64,000 bases of DNA from a virus, in the IMG/VR virus record IMGVR_UViG_3300036886_000043, positions 1-64,000 of that record; one strand, 5' to 3'. The notes beneath the pieces were generated by a model. That model was given only the letters and a program-made list of their open reading frames with translations, was not told the DNA's origin and searched no databases. The position numbers and the translations under genes were made by a program. Shown in pieces: positions 47,029 through 53,291 of the stretch. Positions within the stretch are counted from its first letter, which is position 1. Each line of letters begins with the position of its first letter.

Positions 47029-47103
47029 TGCCCGTTCGTTCATGTGGCAGGACGGCTGACTCTGGATCAGCGGAGCGAGGTTCAAGTCCTCGACGGGCAG
47101 CCA
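47029..47103 (+). tRNA. tRNA-Gln(CTG)
   Basis: GCTGA-CTCTGGA-TCAGC. Confidence 0.92.
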
Positions 47104-47111
47104 AGTTTTAC

Positions 47112-47187
47112 AGGGAGATGGCCGAGCGGCTTAGGCGACAGCCTTTGGAACTGTCTCAGGTAGGTTCGACTCCTACTCTCCCTGCCA
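47112..47187 (+). tRNA. tRNA-Gln(TTG)
   Basis: Loop CTTTGGA; G73. Confidence 0.85.
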
Positions 47188-47188
47188 T

Positions 47189-47264
47189 GCGGACGTAGCT
47201 CAATTGGTAGAGCACAGCGTTGCCAATGCTGAGGTTGCCGGATCGTTGCCGGTCGTTCGCTCCA
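47189..47264 (+). tRNA. tRNA-Gly(GCC)
   Basis: CAGCG-TTGCCAA-TGCTG; U73; atypical T-loop. Confidence 0.88.
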
Positions 47265-47349
47265 AATTTTGGAGGTTGACATGCCGCACAGGTATCATTT
47301 CAATGCCGATCTCCGAGAAGTGTACAGAAGGCTGGCGGGACAATTTCGA

Positions 47350-47424
47350 GCACCGTTAGTTGAGTCGGCACAACACGACACTCGTAACGTCGAGGCTCCG
47401 GTTCGAGGCCGGGACGGTGCTCCA
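47350..47424 (+). tRNA. tRNA-Thr(CGT)
   Basis: Loop CTCGTAA; CCA. Confidence 0.82.
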
Positions 47425-47441
47425 GAATTGGAAGGTGAGTG

Positions 47442-47978
47442 ATGAATTTGATGCGGAAGCCGGTATTGCAGTTGAATGCAAGCTACGAGCCGCTTCGCAT
47501 CATCGCGGCAAGAAGGGCATTGACGCTCATAACCAAGGGCGTAGCCGTGGTGGAAGTGCCAACCAGCACAGTAGTCTATCCTGGCATCTACTTGCCCTCA
47601 GTGATTCGGTTGCGGACTTACCGGCATGTGCCTATTAGGATGCAGGTGATGAGCCGCAAGAACATTCTCCTTCGGGATGGCGGCCGCTGCATGTATTGCG
47701 GACAGAGGTCAAACGAATTGACGCTTGACCATGTGATTCCGCGTTCCCGTGGCGGATTGAATACGTGGGACAATCTTGTGGCTTGCTGCAAACGCGACAA
47801 TCACAAGAAGAACGACAGGACTCCAGAGGAAGCGGGAATGAACTTGATTCACAGGCCGCTTCCGCAAACGATCCACACGCCGCGGTTTGTTCTACGGTCT
47901 ATGGGTTTGGAAGTAAATGAGTGGAGCCCGTACTTGTGGGCCGACTCCGAAGGCGACAAGAAGTATGCGTTTAACTGA
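47442..47978 (+). CDS. HNH endonuclease (McrA/COG1403-like)
   Basis: VLQLNASYEP, PSVIRL, RD...CMYCG...TLDHVIPRSRGG..TWDNLVACC...N. Confidence 0.92.
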   Translation: MNLMRKPVLQLNASYEPLRIIAARRALTLITKGVAVVEVPTSTVVYPGIYLPSVIRLRTYRHVPIRMQVMSRKNILLRDGGRCMYCGQRSNELTLDHVIPRSRGGLNTWDNLVACCKRDNHKKNDRTPEEAGMNLIHRPLPQTIHTPRFVLRSMGLEVNEWSPYLWADSEGDKKYAFN

Positions 47979-48050
47979 GCCGGGTGAACATCGAATGTTG
48001 CGGGCGCTTGTATCGCTTGCTAGTGGGTTCGACTCCCACATCCGGCCCCA
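47979..48050 (+). tRNA. tRNA-Thr(TGT)
   Basis: GGGCG-CTTGTAT-CGCTT; short D-arm. Confidence 0.75.
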
Positions 48051-48060
48051 ACAAGTTCAT

Positions 48061-48135
48061 GGGGAATATCGTTCAGCGATAGGACGCTAAGTTGTGGCCT
48101 TAGTCACCGCAGTTTGATTCTGCGTATTCCCCCCA
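48061..48135 (+). tRNA. tRNA-His(GTG)
   Basis: G-1:C73; CTAAG-TTGTGGC-CTTAG. Confidence 0.88.
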
Positions 48136-48148
48136 AGTTTTAAGTAGT

Positions 48149-48223
48149 GGGCGTGTGGTGCTAATGGGAACACATCCGGCCTGCACCCGGAAGTTGAGAG
48201 TTCGATTCTCTCCATGTCCACCA
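48149..48223 (+). tRNA. tRNA-Ala(TGC)
   Basis: G3:U70; TCCGG-CCTGCAC-CCGGA. Confidence 0.9.
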
Positions 48224-48229
48224 AGTTTT

Positions 48230-48305
48230 GCCGACTTAGCTGATGAGGTCATAGCGGTCGCCTGAAGAGCGATAGAAGCCCGCTCGATACGGGCAGTCGG
48301 CACCA
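48230..48305 (+). tRNA. tRNA-Phe(GAA)
   Basis: GTCGC-CTGAAGA-GCGAT. Confidence 0.88.
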
Positions 48306-48306
48306 T

Positions 48307-48384
48307 CGGTGTGTAGCGTAGTCTGCTTAACGCGCTCCGTTCGGGACGGAGAGATCGCAGGTCGAAATCCTGCCACGCCGACCA
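48307..48384 (+). tRNA. tRNA-Pro(CGG)
   Basis: CTCCG-TTCGGGA-CGGAG. Confidence 0.9.
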
Positions 48385-48390
48385 GTTTAC

Positions 48391-48464
48391 CGGGGTGTAG
48401 TGTAAAGGAAACATCCGTGGCCTGGGACCACGTGTTGGGCTTTCGAGATGCCCCACCCCGACCA
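48391..48464 (+). tRNA. tRNA-Pro(TGG)
   Basis: CGTGG-CCTGGGA-CCACG. Confidence 0.82.
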
Positions 48465-48470
48465 ATTTAC

Positions 48471-48545
48471 GGCCCGTTCGTTCAATGGACAGGACTTCGG
48501 ATTACGAATCCGACAATCAGAGTTCGACTCTCTGGCGGGCTACCA
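48471..48545 (+). tRNA. tRNA-Arg(ACG)
   Basis: TCGGA-TTACGAA-TCCGA. Confidence 0.92.
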
Positions 48546-48546
48546 C

Positions 48547-48575
48547 TTGCAAGAAAAGAAAAGTTGATGTACAGT
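48547..48575 (+). promoter_or_regulatory. Promoter of tRNA block 3
   Basis: TTGCAA-17-TACAGT; ATG 7 nt after the -10. Confidence 0.75.
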
Positions 48576-48582
48576 GGAATTC

Positions 48583-48651
48583 ATGCAGATCAGGACCAAA
48601 CACGGAATAACCAGAATGACCAAGCGGGTCATTTGGGGGATCGTGTGTTGA
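48583..48651 (+). CDS. Attenuator leader peptide 3 MQIRTKHGITRMTKRVIWGIVC
   Basis: Contains codons for all 12 downstream tRNAs; stop codon overlaps antiterminator strand. Confidence 0.85.
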   Translation: MQIRTKHGITRMTKRVIWGIVC

Positions 48652-48677
48652 GGGTCTGAGCATTTTGGTACGCACAG

Positions 48678-48702
48678 ACCTTCGCTCAGGCGAGGGTTTT
48701 TT
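48678..48702 (+). terminator. Attenuator terminator 3
   Basis: ACCTTCGC-TCAG-GCGAGGGT + T-run; alternative pairing 48650-48658 with 48675-48683. Confidence 0.85.
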
Positions 48703-48718
48703 ATTGCTCTTTGAAAAT

Positions 48719-48793
48719 AGGGGAGTGCTGGCGGCACAGCGGTTGGTCTCCAAAACCAACGTCACGGCGGTTCGAGTCCGCTCTCCCCTGCCA
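48719..48793 (+). tRNA. tRNA-Trp(CCA)
   Basis: TTGGT-CTCCAAA-ACCAA; G73. Confidence 0.85.
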
Positions 48794-48798
48794 TTTTT

Positions 48799-48867
48799 GG
48801 CACGTACCCAAGGCGGGAAGCGATCCTCATAAGATCGTAAACTGGTTCGAGTCCAGGCGTGCTACCA
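48799..48867 (+). tRNA. tRNA-Met(CAT) elongator (or Ile2), compact D-arm
   Basis: CGATC-CTCATAA-GATCG. Confidence 0.72.
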
Positions 48868-48872
48868 GTTTT

Positions 48873-48966
48873 GGGCGATAGCACCGGCCGTGCGGCGGAG
48901 TCTTATAAACTCTGGAGAGCGCCAGATTAGCGCAACGGGAAGGATCGACACCTTCATCGCCTACCA
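48873..48966 (+). tRNA. tRNA-Ile(TAT) with long variable arm
   Basis: GGAGT-CTTATAA-ACTCT; extra GCGC/GCGC stem; CCA. Confidence 0.72.
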
Positions 48967-48969
48967 TGT

Positions 48970-49044
48970 GGGTCGCAGATGTTTTTGGCGGCATACCCGG
49001 CTCTTACCCGGAATGGCGGGGTTCGACTCCCCGGCGACCCACCA
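48970..49044 (+). tRNA. tRNA-Lys(CTT)
   Basis: Loop CTCTTAC. Confidence 0.85.
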
Positions 49045-49053
49045 TCTGTTTTC

Positions 49054-49127
49054 GGACTGCGAGTGTGATGGTGCATAACGCCCTTTTAAGGCGTTTGGAT
49101 AGAGTTCGATTCTCTAGCGGTCCACCA
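49054..49127 (+). tRNA. tRNA-Lys(TTT)
   Basis: ACGCC-CTTTTAA-GGCGT. Confidence 0.85.
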
Positions 49128-49128
49128 T

Positions 49129-49203
49129 GGCCCTATAGCTCAAGGGGATAGAGTGCGGTCTTCTAAGCCGTCGATCACCGTTCGACTCGGTGTAGGGCTC
49201 CCA
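49129..49203 (+). tRNA. tRNA-Arg(TCT)
   Basis: GCGGT-CTTCTAA-GCCGT. Confidence 0.9.
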
Positions 49204-49208
49204 GTTTT

Positions 49209-49285
49209 GCCGCTGTATCTCTCCGGTTTCCTAAACCGGCAAGAGTAGTTGGATGACGCCGGTTCGACTCCGGCCAGCGGCCCCA
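49209..49285 (+). tRNA. Non-canonical tRNA-Arg(CCT) lacking a 5' D-arm
   Basis: 7-bp acceptor, 7-nt linker, CCGGT-TTCCTAA-ACCGG, 18-nt extra region, canonical T-arm, CCA. Confidence 0.7.
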
Positions 49286-49290
49286 GGTTT

Positions 49291-49368
49291 GCTGCCGTAT
49301 TCGGTTCTGGTTCCGAACCAGAGGGCCGTAGATGGAGAAGGCAGGTTCGAGTCCTGTCGGCAGCGCCA
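49291..49368 (+). tRNA. Non-canonical tRNA-Arg(CCG) lacking a 5' D-arm
   Basis: 7-bp acceptor, 8-nt linker, TCTGG-TTCCGAA-CCAGA, 18-nt extra region, canonical T-arm, G73, CCA. Confidence 0.7.
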
Positions 49369-49373
49369 GTTTA

Positions 49374-49449
49374 GCCGGGTTCGCCCAAAGGCTTAGGGCC
49401 GATGGTCTACACCCATCTGATAGGGGTTCGAGTCCTCTACCCGGCACCA
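49374..49449 (+). tRNA. tRNA-Val(TAC)
   Basis: GATGG-TCTACAC-CCATC. Confidence 0.88.
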
Positions 49450-49454
49450 AGATT

Positions 49455-49528
49455 GTCGATGTAGCTCAGTGGTAGAGCACCGCAATGGTAATGCGGCGAC
49501 GAGGGTCCGATTCCCTCCTTCGGCTCCA
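49455..49528 (+). tRNA. tRNA-Thr(GGT)
   Basis: CCGCA-ATGGTAA-TGCGG. Confidence 0.88.
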
Positions 49529-49532
49529 TTTT

Positions 49533-49607
49533 GCCGATGTAGCTCAATGGCAGAGCATTCGCTTGATAAGCGAAAGGTCAGTGGATCAGTACCACTCATC
49601 GGCACCA
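49533..49607 (+). tRNA. tRNA-Ile(GAT)
   Basis: TTCGC-TTGATAA-GCGAA; atypical T-loop. Confidence 0.88.
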
Positions 49608-49613
49608 AGTTGA

Positions 49614-49688
49614 GCGGGATTAGCCAAGTGGAAAGGCAATGGGCTTCCAACCCATTATGCGTCGGTTCAACCCCGACATCCCGCTCCA
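49614..49688 (+). tRNA. tRNA-Gly(TCC)
   Basis: ATGGG-CTTCCAA-CCCAT; U73. Confidence 0.92.
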
Positions 49689-49719
49689 CTTTTCTGCCAA
49701 CAAGCGTTATACTACTTTC

Positions 49720-50655
49720 ATGCCGAAGTCGCCCAAACTCGGAAAGATTACATTCTCCTCTTTGTCTCTTCCAGAGCAAATCCAGATGAGCAACTTGCAG
49801 GATGCCGTGAACATCCTCGGCGGTCATTCGGGGGAAGTCGAGTTAAGCAATCATCTAAACCTCGGCGGGAACAAAATAACGAACGTGGCGGCGCCGGCCG
49901 CGGATAGCGATGTGTTGACGAGCGGAGCGGCAGAAACAAAGTATTCCGCGGCGGCTTTACGTCCGCAGCTTGAGTCGAGCGGGACGCATCCATTCGTAGG
50001 CTACAGACAAGTCAATAATCAAGGACAGCGCGAAAAAACCTCAAGCTGGCTCAACGAGCTTCTCTCTACCCCTCCGAACTCCAACAACATCAATCCCATC
50101 GTCAGTTCTTCGGGAGGCTCAACGAGCGTCACGATCCCGGCCAGCATCTTGCAGATGGGGGATGGAACCACGCGATACCTTCCTTCGCGGACGGACACGT
50201 TGACCAACCCGGCAAGCTACTCCATTACCTCGTTTACGATTGCTTTGGGAGTGGCAACGGTGGTTTTGTCCTCGACTCCATCGCCGGCTTTGGCTGCGCC
50301 TACGGTGGTGTACATTTCAGGGACGAGTGAGATTGACGGGACGTTCCCGATTGCAAGCATTGTCAGCCCGACGACGTTCACGATCAACGTAAGCAGTGGG
50401 GTGTCTGGCACTGGAGGGACGGTAGAGACGGGAGGAATCTGCTACTATTACCTCAACAAGTCATTCCAGAAGGTGATGCTATCCGTCCTTCCGTCATCTT
50501 CAGACACCCCGTTTAGGCGTCTCGGAATTTCTGGAGACGGATACCAGTTGCTTGCGGTTGTCAGCATCAATTCGAGCGGAACTGTCCAAGTGGGGACGGC
50601 CGGAGGGGGAACGCCGAGCGTCGTTAGCACAGCCAATGCAGGAAGCAGGTTCTAA
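49720..50655 (+). CDS. Probable tail/fiber-associated virion protein
   Basis: LNLGGNKITNVAAP motif; Ser/Thr-rich beta domain. Confidence 0.6.
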   Translation: MPKSPKLGKITFSSLSLPEQIQMSNLQDAVNILGGHSGEVELSNHLNLGGNKITNVAAPAADSDVLTSGAAETKYSAAALRPQLESSGTHPFVGYRQVNNQGQREKTSSWLNELLSTPPNSNNINPIVSSSGGSTSVTIPASILQMGDGTTRYLPSRTDTLTNPASYSITSFTIALGVATVVLSSTPSPALAAPTVVYISGTSEIDGTFPIASIVSPTTFTINVSSGVSGTGGTVETGGICYYYLNKSFQKVMLSVLPSSSDTPFRRLGISGDGYQLLAVVSINSSGTVQVGTAGGGTPSVVSTANAGSRF

Positions 50656-50840
50656 TGGGAATTCGAATTACAAAAGAACAAGAAGTCCATGATGGAGAAA
50701 AGCTATGGCGCATCAAAGCAACATGGGACTCTAAGCATGGAGGAACTGAATCTCATGTACGTTTTGCCAAAACTCTAGTTGCGCAGCGAAGGATAGTCTA
50801 CGGATTTAAGATGAAGTTCCGTATGGGGGAGTACGACTGA
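50655..50840 (+). CDS. Hypothetical protein
   Basis: TAATG coupling. Confidence 0.5.
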   Translation: MGIRITKEQEVHDGEKLWRIKATWDSKHGGTESHVRFAKTLVAQRRIVYGFKMKFRMGEYD

Positions 50841-50860
50841 TCCAAAAATCAGGAGGAAAT

Positions 50861-51505
50861 ATGGAAACGAAAATTCTCGAAGCGGTTGAAACGAGTAAGA
50901 TGTCAGTTTGTTCACCAGTCAAAGTATGGAAGTTCCCAGAACCGGGAAAGAACTACATCTTGTCGGCAGACCCCTGCTTGGGGACTGAAACAGATAGCTC
51001 CAATGCCGCAATCGAAGTAATTGATGCGGAGACTGGGGAACAGTGTGCAGAGTTTGCTCAGGTGGTGTCTCCTGAAAACCTAGCACCGATAATCTTCGAT
51101 TTGGCGAAGAGATACAATAATGCGGAAGTGGCGGTAGAGGTAAACAGTGTCGGCATGTTGACGAACAAACTCCTGATTCACAAGTTTAATTACGAAAACA
51201 TCTACCGCTTCAAACGGCTTGATCGCCTTCAAAATACCATGACGGACATCGTTGGATGGTGGACCGATTACAAGTCTAAGGCGCAAATGGAAGCCATATT
51301 CAGGGATTTTTTGGGGAATAATATAGGATTGATCCACAGTAAAAAATTGCTAAATGAGATTCTTTTCTACAACGAAGATAGTCCTAAACCGAATGATCGG
51401 TTTGCAGCCATGATGATTGCTCTGGCCGTTCGGGACGAGTTACTGAAGTCTAGGGCTTCTATTCTGAAGGCAGAAGAGAAGATGAGGAATAGGGGAGTGG
51501 ATTGA
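50861..51505 (+). CDS. Stand-alone terminase nuclease-domain paralog
   Basis: Aligns by eye to the TerL C-terminal domain: AVEVNS.G, IYRFKR.DRL...MTDIVG.WTDYKSK; AGGAGG RBS. Confidence 0.85.
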   Translation: METKILEAVETSKMSVCSPVKVWKFPEPGKNYILSADPCLGTETDSSNAAIEVIDAETGEQCAEFAQVVSPENLAPIIFDLAKRYNNAEVAVEVNSVGMLTNKLLIHKFNYENIYRFKRLDRLQNTMTDIVGWWTDYKSKAQMEAIFRDFLGNNIGLIHSKKLLNEILFYNEDSPKPNDRFAAMMIALAVRDELLKSRASILKAEEKMRNRGVD

Positions 51506-51706
51506 CGAACTGGAAGCGATCTGCCGAGCAGATGGATTGGAGCTTCCGACAATGTACGTGGCGTGGAATCCACGTTGCCCAGTCCACGGCTTTCCTGAAG
51601 GTTCCGAGGAATATCAGAACGCTGCAATCTTGTCTGAAACTAAGGTAATGGAGACGAAGTGGTATCAGCGTTGGCGTGACCTGATGGCAAAGGAAATGGA
51701 AGCCCA

Positions 51707-51961
51707 ATGAAAATCATCGTCAAAGACGTGAAGGTTCATCCGGTAACCGGCTACATGGAAGTGGACGTGGTGGCCGTGAACGATAAGGGCGTGGAGGGTC
51801 CGAAGAAGACGTATGGAACGGACGCTCATCAACTTCAATCGGCATACAGTGGGGACATTAACTTGTGGCTGGCATCGGTGAAGGGGACTCACGAACAGCA
51901 CCATGGGCACCACGAGGTTTTGGCCGCGCAGTTGTTGGGGATGAAAGGGAAGGAACTATGA
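51707..51961 (+). CDS. Hypothetical protein
   Basis: 84 aa, coupled. Confidence 0.6.
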   Translation: MKIIVKDVKVHPVTGYMEVDVVAVNDKGVEGPKKTYGTDAHQLQSAYSGDINLWLASVKGTHEQHHGHHEVLAAQLLGMKGKEL

Positions 51962-52152
51962 AGAAGTTTAGAGGCAAGCCGAATCCAACACGAACAAATA
52001 GGGCATTTGAGGCTTTAGCTAAAAACTTCTACACGGACACTCCAATGTGGAGGTTTGTTGCGAGGGGTGGTAGGGGGCGTAGGTTGATGATCTTGTATCG
52101 GCGGCTGAAGGGGAGTCGGAGGCCGCAGTGCTTTCGGCAGGATGTTTGGTGA
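51958..52152 (+). CDS. Basic hypothetical protein
   Basis: ATGA coupling. Confidence 0.45.
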   Translation: MKKFRGKPNPTRTNRAFEALAKNFYTDTPMWRFVARGGRGRRLMILYRRLKGSRRPQCFRQDVW

Positions 52153-52178
52153 TTCCAAAATTTGGAATGGAGGGTGAT

Positions 52179-52649
52179 ATGGGATTGATTTTCAAAGACG
52201 AAGTAACGTCATCGGAGCCGCTGGATATGCCTCCTGTCAATCGACGGATTGCAAAGAACTCCGTTACAGGCGAGGACTACATCCCTGGATATGTGATTGG
52301 CCGCGGCGTAAATGTTGGCACAGAAACCTGTATTTACAGTCTTGAACAAGTGGACGGTCAGCCGCCAATGACCGCGGCGCAGAAAGCATTCGGAGTTCTT
52401 TGGTATGGGGATCTAAAACCAGACCTCATACTTTCTTCTGAGGTATACATGAAGAAGATGGTCCGCCGCATAATTCCGAATCAGCGCAAGGCGGGGATGT
52501 ACGGCTGTAATTTTGGCTTCTTTCTTAACGGGGCAATATGGTCCTATAGCGAAGAGGTTGATTGCAGTGAAGGATGGGTGTTTATTTTGAACACGAAATA
52601 CCCGACAGCACCGCATCTCAATGGGTGCTATAAGGCGATGGAGGAGTGA
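52179..52649 (+). CDS. Hypothetical protein
   Basis: GGAGG RBS. Confidence 0.6.
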   Translation: MGLIFKDEVTSSEPLDMPPVNRRIAKNSVTGEDYIPGYVIGRGVNVGTETCIYSLEQVDGQPPMTAAQKAFGVLWYGDLKPDLILSSEVYMKKMVRRIIPNQRKAGMYGCNFGFFLNGAIWSYSEEVDCSEGWVFILNTKYPTAPHLNGCYKAMEE

Positions 52650-53257
52650 TGGACGGCTGGAAGTACATGACGAAGAATGCAGCGGTGGTTCCGTTCTCCC
52701 CCGGAACCGTGGTCTATCAAGATGGGATGCTCTCGACGCTTTACTACCGCAGCAAGGAACTTGGGCGTCTGGAGTATATGTTCTGTGGCGACAAGCCAGG
52801 TCATGACCAGTTCATCCGAATGTTCGACGAGTCCAAAAGGATTACTCAGATACTTTGCGAGGTTGAGAATCAGGGCACACCGCAGGAGGTTTGTCATCCG
52901 GCTGGATGTTCTTGGGTTGAGCTTTCAAAGGGCGTCGATGGCGAGAGAGCCGCAATGTGCGGGTTTGCGTTTATCAAGCGAAGCCGCTACATGGTTGATT
53001 TGGGGATGCTTGGAATTGCATATTGGATGGAGGGGCTGAAGATCGACGTTCTTCATGGCGTTTTGCTTGAGGAGAACAAGGCGGCGCAACACTTTGCTGA
53101 AAGGCTCGGGTTCAAAAAAGAAGGCGTAGTCCGACGTTTTCACTCCTACCGAGGCAAGTTGGTTTCTGCGGTTGCCATGATGATTGAGAAGGAATTTTTC
53201 CTCCCCGGATACGAAGAATGGTATGAATCGAAGAAAGTTGTAGAAACTGTAGAGTGA
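52646..53257 (+). CDS. GNAT-family acetyltransferase-like protein
   Basis: ENKAAQHFAERLGFKKEG motif; typical position before ejection proteins. Confidence 0.75.
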   Translation: MMDGWKYMTKNAAVVPFSPGTVVYQDGMLSTLYYRSKELGRLEYMFCGDKPGHDQFIRMFDESKRITQILCEVENQGTPQEVCHPAGCSWVELSKGVDGERAAMCGFAFIKRSRYMVDLGMLGIAYWMEGLKIDVLHGVLLEENKAAQHFAERLGFKKEGVVRRFHSYRGKLVSAVAMMIEKEFFLPGYEEWYESKKVVETVE

Positions 53258-53291
53258 TTTAACGTAACCTCCCATTTAGGGAGAGACTTCC

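Noticed and set aside
47281-47442. 53-aa ORF with GGAGG RBS starting MPHRYHFNADL
   Set aside because: It runs through tRNA-Thr(CGT) and has no terminator switch or codon match. The GGAG comes from the palindrome copy. Left unresolved.
45082-48702. T-box riboswitch explanation for the tRNA leaders
   Set aside because: No T-box consensus (UGGNACC bulge) or stem I specifier structure was seen. Short ORFs with matched codons explain the leaders better.
45200-49700. ORF-track ORFs of 60-156 aa overlapping the tRNA array on both strands
   Set aside because: They overlap clear tRNA cloverleaves and lack RBS or protein motifs. Only the two HNH genes and three leaders were kept.
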